A stretch of DNA of 64,000 bases from an uncultured Duncaniella sp. (GTDB lineage Bacteria > Bacteroidota > Bacteroidia > Bacteroidales > Muribaculaceae): contig CAJUCI010000005.1 of the NCBI GenBank assembly GCA_910584825.1, forward strand, positions 53,055 through 117,054. The letters run 5' to 3'. How positions within the stretch are numbered: the first letter of the stretch is position 1; every line of letters begins with the position of its first letter. Shown here piece after piece: positions 41,886 through 50,222 of this stretch. Made by a program: the position numbers and the translations under genes. Under the pieces are notes generated by a model, which ran no database searches, was not told the DNA's origin, and was given only the letters and a program-made list of their open reading frames with translations.

Positions 41886-42644
41886 TCACAGCGCGAGTGC
41901 GGGCTGGCACTTGTGGCGCAGGATGGCGCGGACTTCGTTGTGAAGATAGGGGAGCGATACTATCCAGGGGGTTGAGTAGTCGGGGTGGAACACACCGAGC
42001 TTCATGCCCGAGACGCGTATTGAGTAGCGTTCTTCAAGTATGAAGCGGTAGATGCTCAGTTGCAGTGCATAATGCCAGTATGAGGTGTCGGGCAGATGTG
42101 ACACGGGGTGCAGCCCCATTGTGCGGAACGGTGAGCGGCTGATGATGCGGCCGTTGGGTGCAAGGAGCTTTTTGGAACGTTTCCAGTCGTAGATATTGAA
42201 TGTGCCGTCGGGGGTCAGCTCAAGAAAGTCGAGCGTGCCGGCCAGGTCGTAGTCTTCATGAAATATGCGCCACTCGGTGCGGTAGGGATAGAGGCGGTTG
42301 TTGGCGGCAAAGAGGCGGAACAGGCGGAATGAGTCGGTGTCGTCGCCCGCATCGTCGCCGAGGTAGTAACGCTCGATGCGCTCGTGCATGGATGTGCCCA
42401 GCTCGCGTGCTCGCTGCGCCTCGCGTGCCCAGCGGTCGAGAATCACCTGCTTGTCCACCCCCTCCTTTTCAGCTTTGCGGGCCGACCAGTATTCGGCATC
42501 GAAGCGCGGGAAGCAGTCTTCGACCAGCGTCGTGACCGACAGCATTGGCCGCTCACAGTAATAATACGTGTGGGTGGCGGCGTCGAAACTCAGCAGCGGG
42601 TCGCGCTCGTGGGCATTTATGTCGTTATAGTTGGGCGAGGTCAT
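41886..42644 (-). CDS. PD-(D/E)XK (RecB/lambda-exonuclease-like) nuclease
   Basis: GTSMHERIE, RTEW, AGTLD, IYDWK, YALQLSIY; ATG overlaps the mazG stop (ATGA). Confidence 0.8.
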   Translation of the reverse strand: MTSPNYNDINAHERDPLLSFDAATHTYYYCERPMLSVTTLVEDCFPRFDAEYWSARKAEKEGVDKQVILDRWAREAQRARELGTSMHERIERYYLGDDAGDDTDSFRLFRLFAANNRLYPYRTEWRIFHEDYDLAGTLDFLELTPDGTFNIYDWKRSKKLLAPNGRIISRSPFRTMGLHPVSHLPDTSYWHYALQLSIYRFILEERYSIRVSGMKLGVFHPDYSTPWIVSLPYLHNEVRAILRHKCQPALAL

Positions 42645-43438
42645 GCTTCGGGGGTTGATTCCTCCTTTTTGGCTTCGTACCACAGGGCATCCATCTCGGC
42701 GAGGGTCATCTCCTTGAGCTGACGGCCCATCTCGGCGGCGCGACGCTCGATGTGGTTGAAGCGGCGGATGAATTTGGCGTTGGTCTTCTCAAGGGCGTTC
42801 TCCGAGTTGATTCCATAGAGGCGGGCGGCGTTGATTACGGCAAAGAGCACATCGCCCATCTCGGCTTCGCGCTCGGCCTGGCCCATCGACTCGGCCGCTT
42901 CGGCAAACTCGCCGATTTCTTCCCTCACCTTGTCCCACACGTCCTCTCGCTTCTGCCAGTCAAAGCCTACGTTGGCGGCTTTCTCGGTGATGCGTTCGGC
43001 CTTAATCATGGCGGGGAGGGCGGTGGGGACGCCTGACAGGACGGTCTTGTTGCCCCCCTTCTCCTTGAGTTTCAGCTCCTCCCAGTTTTTGAGCACATCG
43101 TCGGTGGAGTTGACATGCGCATCGCCAAACACGTGGGGATGGCGGAAGATGAGTTTGGAGTTGAGTGCGTCGCACACATCGGCAATGTCAAATTCGCTCT
43201 TCTCCTCGCCGATTTTGGCGTAGAAAAGCACGTGGAGCAGCACATCGCCCAGCTCCTTGCGTATATTGGGATTGTCCTCCTTGATGAGGGCGTCGCATAG
43301 TTCGTAGACCTCTTCGATGGTGTTGGGGCGCAGTGACTCGTTTGTCTGCTTGGCGTCCCAGGGGCATTTCACCCGCAGGATGTCGAGAGTGTCGATGACC
43401 CTTCCCAGGGCCTCTAACTTTTCCTGTCTGTTATGCAT
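42641..43438 (-). CDS. mazG: Nucleoside triphosphate pyrophosphohydrolase MazG
   Basis: CPWDAKQT, EEVYE, ELGDVL, RHPHVFG, GFDW, EMGDVLF; true start MHNRQEK at 43438. Confidence 0.96.
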   Translation of the reverse strand: MHNRQEKLEALGRVIDTLDILRVKCPWDAKQTNESLRPNTIEEVYELCDALIKEDNPNIRKELGDVLLHVLFYAKIGEEKSEFDIADVCDALNSKLIFRHPHVFGDAHVNSTDDVLKNWEELKLKEKGGNKTVLSGVPTALPAMIKAERITEKAANVGFDWQKREDVWDKVREEIGEFAEAAESMGQAEREAEMGDVLFAVINAARLYGINSENALEKTNAKFIRRFNHIERRAAEMGRQLKEMTLAEMDALWYEAKKEESTPEA

Positions 43439-43709
43439 AACGATTGATGTTTGTGCAAAGGTAGTAAAAGTTTTAGAAACTGAACAATGAGGCGGGTGGC
43501 GAGTGTGGCGATTAGCTTTTTTTAAGAGAGAAAGGTATGGGTATGACCGGCCGGTCTTGGCTACGGTCGGGCTGTGGGGGGTGCTACATGCCTGCGTCGC
43601 CGGTGTTGCAATTTTGCGACAATGTGTACGACGTTTTATCATTAACTTTGCGGGAAAACTCACATTATCATAATTGCGAAAAACCATATTATCATATTTT
43701 TTGGAGAAA

Positions 43710-44702
43710 ATGAAAAAGCGCATTATTTCAGCACTGTTTTTTATCGGACTCGCTGTCGTTGCAGCTGAAGCGTCGGCAGTCAGACCCACACGCATCATTC
43801 ATGATGTCATAAGTGTCGAGGGTACGGAGCGTGAATACATCGAACTTGGCTATGACAATTCGGGGCGACTGGTGTCGTTTCGCGATTATATCGACGGGCC
43901 TACCCCTTTCGTAATCTATGACCAGCGGCTGACGTGGGGCGCGGGTAGTGTGACCATAATCGGTGCCGGAGGGATATCGGACGAGACTGTTACTGTCACC
44001 TTGGGCACTAACGGATATGCCGACAGGGCTGTGGCGCAATCGGAATGGGGACAGTCTCACGTGGATTTCACATATGGTAGTGACAACCGCCTTTCAAGCA
44101 TAAAAGGTATGGATTACAGTGTGGTGCTTGAGTATGCCGACGGTAATCTTGTAAAAGCCAACGACCTGATGGCTGAAATAAATGGTGAGGATTTCTCTAT
44201 GTGGTATGATTATGATTCCACATCCAAGCCGTGCCGTGCTCATGACATCCCAATGTTTCATGTCGGTTATGGCCTTGATGCAATATATTATGCCGGTCTG
44301 CTTGGCGAATCATCACAGTTGCTCCCATCTAAAATCGGTTCTCCTGAACTGCAGCAGTGGTTCCCGGTGGTATATACTTTTGATGGCGCGGGTAACATGA
44401 GCAGTTTGGCTATCGACAATCTGCGATGGGATGATGACGGAAATTTTGAGTCGGATAGATTTCAGTTCGAATATGGCGCGCAGAGCGGCATTGAGGATAT
44501 TGGAGTCATGGACTCTTCGGTGGCCGTTACATGTGACGGACGAGAAATTACTGTCAATGGTAAGGGGGTGGATTCTATGGTCATTGTGTTTGACTCAATG
44601 GGCCGCAGGGTGCATATTGGTCGAGGTAACAATTTCACACTCCCCTCAGGCGGTGTCTATTTCGTGACGGTCGAGGGCCGGACATTCAAGATACTCGTAT
44701 AA
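43710..44702 (+). CDS. Secreted protein, DUF4595/YD-like beta-rich domain with T9SS type A CTD
   Basis: Signal peptide; YDNSGRL, FTYGSDNRLSSI, YTFDGAGN, YYAGLLG; CTD SGIEDI...VFDSMGRRV...GVYFVTVEGRTFKILV. Confidence 0.7.
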   Translation: MKKRIISALFFIGLAVVAAEASAVRPTRIIHDVISVEGTEREYIELGYDNSGRLVSFRDYIDGPTPFVIYDQRLTWGAGSVTIIGAGGISDETVTVTLGTNGYADRAVAQSEWGQSHVDFTYGSDNRLSSIKGMDYSVVLEYADGNLVKANDLMAEINGEDFSMWYDYDSTSKPCRAHDIPMFHVGYGLDAIYYAGLLGESSQLLPSKIGSPELQQWFPVVYTFDGAGNMSSLAIDNLRWDDDGNFESDRFQFEYGAQSGIEDIGVMDSSVAVTCDGREITVNGKGVDSMVIVFDSMGRRVHIGRGNNFTLPSGGVYFVTVEGRTFKILV

Positions 44703-44715
44703 GAAAAATTGTATA

Positions 44716-44769
44716 GCAAGAGACATCCCTGTTAATGCCGCTTCAGGCATTAACAGGGATGTCCCTTGC
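44716..44769. terminator. Bidirectional terminator hairpin between convergent genes
   Basis: gcaagagacatccctgttaatgcc / ggcattaacagggatgtcccttgc. Confidence 0.8.
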
Positions 44770-44795
44770 ATATTTTATTTTCAGCTATGCTGATT

Positions 44796-46121
44796 TCAGA
44801 CTGTCAGGTATTTGTCGAGGATGTGGATTGATTCGAGGCACATGCGCGAGTTGTGGTAGGGGCATTTCCAGAATCCGGCCTTGTCGTCGCGGCGGTTGAT
44901 GTTGTCGCCGTGACAGTTGCTGTCACAGCTGTCGGCTTCTGCCGACACGGGTTCTGCTGATACCGGGTCGGTTGTATGCGGGGTGTTTTCGGGAGCGAGA
45001 CGCGACCAGTACCATTCGCCATCGGGGTCGACGAGGTTGTCGGTGATGTATTGCCATGACTGACGTGCGCGGTCGAGTTGCTCGGGCATGCCGTGGAATG
45101 CGGCGAGATAGAGCTGGCCGATTACGTCCTCGGCCTGTACCCACCAGTGCTTGTCGTTGTCATAGTGGCCGTTGGCATGACGCTCGTAGACCATAGAGCC
45201 GTCATAGCAACGTCCCTGCAGTCCTGCGAAGGCGATGTGGCGTGTGTGCTCGAGTGTCTCGGCGAGGAGTGCCGCATCATCAATCACCTGGGCGGTCTCG
45301 AGCAGCAGCCATGAGGCCTCGATGTCGTGGCCGTAGCTCTCGGTGTCGTCGAGTTTCTCCCAATCGTCATTGAAGAAGAGGGTGAGGTGGTGGGTTTTCG
45401 GATTCTCAATCTTGTCGAGGAAGATGCGCAGCAGGTTGACCGTAGCCTCCTCCACAACGGCGATGTCGATGTTGTCGTCGATGACCGACAGCACGCTGCT
45501 GCCCTTTGAGGCGTTGCGCTCCTTGAGCGCGCGCAGCAGGTTGGTGTAGCCCTCGATGATGTGGAGATGGGTGTTCATGGTCTTGGACGCATTGGCATCC
45601 TTGTCGCTCAGACGCATGTCGGCTATCGGCTGCCAGTCGCGTGTGGCTGCCTCGAAATATCCCTCTTTGCTCTCACGGCGGTCGCGCGAGTGGGTCTCGA
45701 TGCAGGCGAAGAGTTCATAGGCCAGTGACAGCGCGTCCTCGCAGCCGGTGGCGCGGTAATATTCCGACAGGCCGTAAATCATGAAGCCGATGGCATAGAA
45801 CTGCTTCTTGGTGTCAAGTGGAGTGCCGTCGGGGTTGAGGCTCCAGAATGTGCCGCCGAACTCGCGGTCTATGAAATGCTCGCGTATGTAGTCATATGCG
45901 CGTGTGGCTATTGTGAGATACTCGGGTGTGCCGAGCATGCGGTAGGCCGACGAGAATGTCCACAGGATGCGGGCGTTGAGTATGGCACCCTTGGGGGCTG
46001 ACGGGTCGAGGCGGTCATGGCCGTCGCGACGTCCGTAGAATCCCCCCGCAGGGTCGACCATGCGGTCAATCCAGTAGGGGAGGATATTGGTGGTGAGATT
46101 ATGCAGAAGGGAAGGCTTCAT
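44796..46121 (-). CDS. AGE-family cellobiose/mannobiose 2-epimerase
   Basis: ILNARILWTFS, KTMNTHLH, SYGHDIE, WWVQAE, WKCPYHNSR; mannan PUL context. Confidence 0.93.
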   Translation of the reverse strand: MKPSLLHNLTTNILPYWIDRMVDPAGGFYGRRDGHDRLDPSAPKGAILNARILWTFSSAYRMLGTPEYLTIATRAYDYIREHFIDREFGGTFWSLNPDGTPLDTKKQFYAIGFMIYGLSEYYRATGCEDALSLAYELFACIETHSRDRRESKEGYFEAATRDWQPIADMRLSDKDANASKTMNTHLHIIEGYTNLLRALKERNASKGSSVLSVIDDNIDIAVVEEATVNLLRIFLDKIENPKTHHLTLFFNDDWEKLDDTESYGHDIEASWLLLETAQVIDDAALLAETLEHTRHIAFAGLQGRCYDGSMVYERHANGHYDNDKHWWVQAEDVIGQLYLAAFHGMPEQLDRARQSWQYITDNLVDPDGEWYWSRLAPENTPHTTDPVSAEPVSAEADSCDSNCHGDNINRRDDKAGFWKCPYHNSRMCLESIHILDKYLTV

Positions 46122-46123
46122 TC

Positions 46124-46309
46124 AATTAGTAATTAGCAATTAGTAATTAGTAATTAGCAATTAGTAATTAGCAGTTGGTAATTTTTGGCGAGCTGAGCGA
46201 CTGATGCAGGTTTCTCAGTAAACAGAGCGGCAGACGCTGTTATCTTGATGAGTTGGTCAAGTAATTGGCAATTAAATAATTAATAATTACTAATTGCTAA
46301 TTACTAATT
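46124..46309. repeat. Inverted heptamer tandem arrays (AATTAGY)n ... (RCTAATT)n
   Basis: 7 perfect AATTAG[T/C] units at 46124-46172; 3 perfect plus 2 degenerate inverted units at 46275-46309. Confidence 0.9.
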
Positions 46310-46312
46310 AGA

Positions 46313-47752
46313 TTATACCGGCTCAGTGAAGTCGTTGCCGGGTGAGGGTACGGGTGATTCGCGGCGGGCGCGGAGGTCGGCTACGATTGATGCCATCTCT
46401 TTTGTGCCGAGGGGGTAGAACCACACAATTATCATCGAGAGCAGAGCCACGCCGGCAGGGATGAATGTCATGAGCATCCACAGGCATGAGATGGCACTCT
46501 CGGGCTGTGTGATTACCTGGTCAAGCATGTCGTCCTTACGCTCGATGTAGCCGCATCCGCTTAGGAGCCACATCACGGAAGCACCGCCGATGGCACCGCC
46601 GAACTTCTGGGCCATCGAGGCCGAGGAGAAGATGAGGCCGGTAGAGGCTGTGCCTGTGCGCAGTTCGGAGTAGTCGCTGACGTCGGCATACATTGACCAT
46701 ACGAGCGGCGACATCACTCCCGTGAGCACTGAAATCACTACCTGCAGGAGCAACATCAGCAACAGTCCGGCATTGGTGGCGGGCGAGAGGGTGAAGAAGA
46801 TGATGCTGAACACTATGAGCAGAGCATCCACCATGATGAATGTGGGCTTCTTGCCGATGCGGTTGGTGATGGGCACGGCCAAAGCCACGCCTACCATGTT
46901 GGCTACCTCGCCCACGCCGAGGAACAGGCCTGAGTAGAAGAGCAGTGATAGCGAGAAGATGAAGATGTGCTGCTCGCCGCCGATGATGTCGGCGAAGAAG
47001 AAGGCCACTGTTGCACCGCGCACGGTGTTGAAGAGGTTGAAGCAGAGCGATGCGCCGTTGAGCAGCCACCAGGGCTTGTTGGTCACGAGGGCACGCAGGT
47101 CGTTGCCGAGTGTGGCGGTCGACACTGTCTCAATCTTCTCGCGGGTGAGCTTGAAGCAGAGGAGGAAGAGAATGAAGCAGCATGACGCGATGACGCACAT
47201 GGCGAGCTGCCAGCTGGTCTGAGGGGTGAAGGCGAAGCTGTCGCGGAACAGCGAGCAGAGGGGGTCCCAGGCGAAGAGGGCGATGAATGAGCCGCCGTAG
47301 GCAAAGAACATGCGGAACGATGAGAACACCGTCTTTTCCTGCGAGTTGTCGGTCATCACGCCGAGCATGGCACCGTAGGGCACGTTGATGCCGGTGTAGA
47401 CCGTCATCATGAGTATGTAGGTCACATATGCCCACACGAGTTTGGCTCCGTAGCCCCAGTCGGGGGTGGTGAAAAGCAGGATGCCGCATATCGAGAACGG
47501 CGCGGCCACCCACAGCAGATAGGGGCGGTATTTGCCCCAGCGGGTCTTGGTACGGTCAGCCACGATGCCCATCATCGGGTCGCTGACAGCGTCCCAGATG
47601 CGGGTGACGAGGAGGAGTATGCCGGTGTCGACAAGGCTTATGCCGAAGACGTTGGCATAGAAGAAGGGGAGATAATAGCTGAATACTTTCCAGAACATGG
47701 ATGACGCCATGTCGCCGAAACCGTATCCTATCTTTTCACTTAAAGGAGCCAT
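46313..47752 (-). CDS. GPH-family (MFS) sugar:cation symporter, probable manno-oligosaccharide importer
   Basis: EKIGYGFGD, RIWDAVSDPMMG, DRTKTRWGKYRPY, NVPYGAM, MYADVSDY. Confidence 0.92.
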   Translation of the reverse strand: MAPLSEKIGYGFGDMASSMFWKVFSYYLPFFYANVFGISLVDTGILLLVTRIWDAVSDPMMGIVADRTKTRWGKYRPYLLWVAAPFSICGILLFTTPDWGYGAKLVWAYVTYILMMTVYTGINVPYGAMLGVMTDNSQEKTVFSSFRMFFAYGGSFIALFAWDPLCSLFRDSFAFTPQTSWQLAMCVIASCCFILFLLCFKLTREKIETVSTATLGNDLRALVTNKPWWLLNGASLCFNLFNTVRGATVAFFFADIIGGEQHIFIFSLSLLFYSGLFLGVGEVANMVGVALAVPITNRIGKKPTFIMVDALLIVFSIIFFTLSPATNAGLLLMLLLQVVISVLTGVMSPLVWSMYADVSDYSELRTGTASTGLIFSSASMAQKFGGAIGGASVMWLLSGCGYIERKDDMLDQVITQPESAISCLWMLMTFIPAGVALLSMIIVWFYPLGTKEMASIVADLRARRESPVPSPGNDFTEPV

Positions 47753-47809
47753 ATTGTGGTGTTTAGATGTTCTTTATGGAATTAGTGGGCAGAAGTTGGG
47801 AAATAAGCA

Positions 47810-47850
47810 TAGAGAATTGTCGGGGTGAAGTCGCGCCCGACAATTCTCTA
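47810..47850. terminator. Hairpin downstream of GH130 (terminator or stabiliser)
   Basis: tagagaattgtcggg / cccgacaattctcta. Confidence 0.55.
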
Positions 47851-47861
47851 AACTCTAAACT

Positions 47862-49028
47862 TTAAACTCCTAAACTTTTATTGCTGTCGATGAGTTTGTT
47901 GATGGTGCGGACGGATGCCGAAGTGGTGAGGCCGTCCTGAGGGGTGTTGAGGCAGTAGTCCACGAGACGGTCGACGGTCGATGTGGCCACGTGCATGCGG
48001 GTGTCGGATGATGCGTAGTAGATGAACACCTTGCCGTCCTCGTCGGCTATCCAGCCGTTGGCGAAGAGCACGTTCATCACGTCGCCCATGTATTCCTCAC
48101 CTACAGGAGCCATGAGGTATCCGCCGGGCGAGGCTATCTTCTCCCAAGGCTTCTCGAGCGAGGTCATGTACATGTAGAGCACGTAGCGCAGACCCGATGC
48201 GCAGCCGCGTACGCCGTGGGCCAGGTGGAGCCATCCGCGCGATGTCTTGATGGGGTGGGGGCCTTCGCCGTTCTTAACCTCCTTGATGGTGTGATAGTAG
48301 CGGGGGTCGATGATAGTTTCCTCCTTGACCTCGGCATGGCAGATGTCATCAACGAGTGCCCAGCCGATGCCGCCGCCGCTGCCGGTGTCGATAAATCCGT
48401 CCTGCGGGCGGGTGTAGAGGGCATATTTGCCGTCAACAAATTCGGGGTGAAGCACAACGTTGCGCTGCTGCGACTTGCTGATGAGGTCGGGGAGACGCTC
48501 CCAGTTGTCGAGGTCCTTGGTGCGGGCTATGCCGCATGCAGCTGTGGCTGCCGAGAGGTCGCCGGGGCAGGAGTCGTCATGACGCTCCACGCAGAAGAGT
48601 CCGTAAATCCATCCGTCCTCATGGGCGGTGAGTCGCATGTCGTAGATGTTGGTGGCGGGGTCGTCGGTGTCAGGCATGGTGATGGGACGCTCACGGAAAC
48701 GGAAGTTGTCGATGCCGTTGGGGCTCTCGGCTATGGCGAAGAATGACTTGCGGTCCATACCCTCGACACGCACCACGAGGAGATATTTGCCGTGCCACTT
48801 GATGGCTCCCGAGTTGAGTGTGGCGTTGCAGCCTATGCGCTCCATAAACCAGGGATTGGTCTCGGGGTTGAAATCATATTTCCAGGTGGGGGGTATCATG
48901 TCGGCCGTAACAACGGGATTCTGATAACGGTTGAAGATGCCGTTGCCTTCGAGCATCACGTTGGGGCGGGTCACGAGTTCTTCGTAGCGGGCAAGGATAA
49001 GATTCTTGCGGTATTCAAATGTAGTCAT
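47862..49028 (-). CDS. GH130 4-O-beta-D-mannosyl-D-glucose phosphorylase
   Basis: [54 protein letters not shown]. Confidence 0.93.
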   Translation of the reverse strand: MTTFEYRKNLILARYEELVTRPNVMLEGNGIFNRYQNPVVTADMIPPTWKYDFNPETNPWFMERIGCNATLNSGAIKWHGKYLLVVRVEGMDRKSFFAIAESPNGIDNFRFRERPITMPDTDDPATNIYDMRLTAHEDGWIYGLFCVERHDDSCPGDLSAATAACGIARTKDLDNWERLPDLISKSQQRNVVLHPEFVDGKYALYTRPQDGFIDTGSGGGIGWALVDDICHAEVKEETIIDPRYYHTIKEVKNGEGPHPIKTSRGWLHLAHGVRGCASGLRYVLYMYMTSLEKPWEKIASPGGYLMAPVGEEYMGDVMNVLFANGWIADEDGKVFIYYASSDTRMHVATSTVDRLVDYCLNTPQDGLTTSASVRTINKLIDSNKSLGV

Positions 49029-49103
49029 AAAACTGCCTGTCAAAAAATAATCGGTATAGAATATAAATTATAGGGTTGGTTTCCGGTTTTTTTACCTTTC
49101 AGT

Positions 49104-50198
49104 TCATTTCACGAAAATAGCACGCGAGGTGTCGTGAAATTTCTTGAAGTCACCCTCGCCGGGATGTCCGGGGTAGGGGACATAGAAGTGATTGGGCTTC
49201 TCGCTCTCGATGGCGTTGCGCCACACGCATACGTAGGCGATGGGGAGCCCCTCGATTGAGGGCTGGAGCACGCGGGTGTACCAGTCGGCCACCTCGAGTC
49301 CTTCAAGGCCGGTCTCGGTGAACGCTGCAATCTTGCCGCGCTTGCGGGCCTCGTCAACCACGTAGGGGAGCTGGGCCTTGATGCGGGCGGTGTATTCCTC
49401 GATGCCCTGCTCGCCGCCGAAATGGTAGATGTCGGTGCCGAGAATGTCGACATACTTGTCGCCGGGATAGGTCGAGAAGTACTGCTCGGGGGTGAGGTCC
49501 TTGTCGGGTGAGTAGGCCCACACCACATTGTCGATACCGGCTGAGTCAAAACGCTCGCGGGTCAGGTGCCAGAGGTTGATATACTGCTCGGGGGTGGAGT
49601 TGTTGGCTCCCCACCAGAACCATGAGCCGGAGTTTTCGTGCCAGGGGCGGAAGATTACGGGGATGGGGTTGCCCTCGGAGTCCTTGAGCGATGAGATGAA
49701 GGCGGCTGCGCGGTCAATCCATGCCGTCATGGTGGCGGTGAGGGTCGAGTCGGTGGCCATCATCTGGAGGGGCGATGTGCTGACGTCCCATGAGTCGCCG
49801 CCCGACACGGGGTTGCGCGGGTGCCATGAGATGGCGTTGATGCCTCCGCGTGCGTCCTGCTTGGCAATCTCGGCGGCGATGAACTCAAAGGGCACACCGT
49901 CAAGGTTCTTGGCCGAGTCAAGCTCTATCATGCCGAGGTCCCAGCTCATGAGTCCGGGATACTCGCCGGTGACGGCCTTGACGTCAGACGCGCCGTCCTC
50001 GTAACGCCATGTGTGGCCATAGGCGGTGTCGTCGTGGTGGCCGAAGTAGAAGCGGCCTGAGTCAACAGCGTTCTGCAGACGCACGATGAGTGTTTCGGCG
50101 GGAGTGGGTGACTCCTCGACGGGGGCTGCGGACTTGTTGGCGTTGCCTGCGCATGAGGTGGTGAGGGCCACGGCTGCGATAAGGGGAAGATATTTCAT
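49104..50198 (-). CDS. GH26 beta-mannanase (lipoprotein)
   Basis: FGHHDD, ISWH, FRPWHENSGSWFWWG, YPGDKYVDILGTDIY, FTETG, CVWRN. Confidence 0.93.
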   Translation of the reverse strand: MKYLPLIAAVALTTSCAGNANKSAAPVEESPTPAETLIVRLQNAVDSGRFYFGHHDDTAYGHTWRYEDGASDVKAVTGEYPGLMSWDLGMIELDSAKNLDGVPFEFIAAEIAKQDARGGINAISWHPRNPVSGGDSWDVSTSPLQMMATDSTLTATMTAWIDRAAAFISSLKDSEGNPIPVIFRPWHENSGSWFWWGANNSTPEQYINLWHLTRERFDSAGIDNVVWAYSPDKDLTPEQYFSTYPGDKYVDILGTDIYHFGGEQGIEEYTARIKAQLPYVVDEARKRGKIAAFTETGLEGLEVADWYTRVLQPSIEGLPIAYVCVWRNAIESEKPNHFYVPYPGHPGEGDFKKFHDTSRAIFVK

Positions 50199-50222
50199 TA
50201 GATTGGGATTTATAAATCGAGA

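Noticed and set aside
41886..42644. Cas4 call for the nuclease
   Set aside because: It lacks the 1+3 cysteine Fe-S motif and any CRISPR context.
43439..43798. N-terminal extension making MazG 385 aa
   Set aside because: It crosses the mazG -7 box (43456-43463) and the start of the divergent gene. MazG homology starts at 43438.
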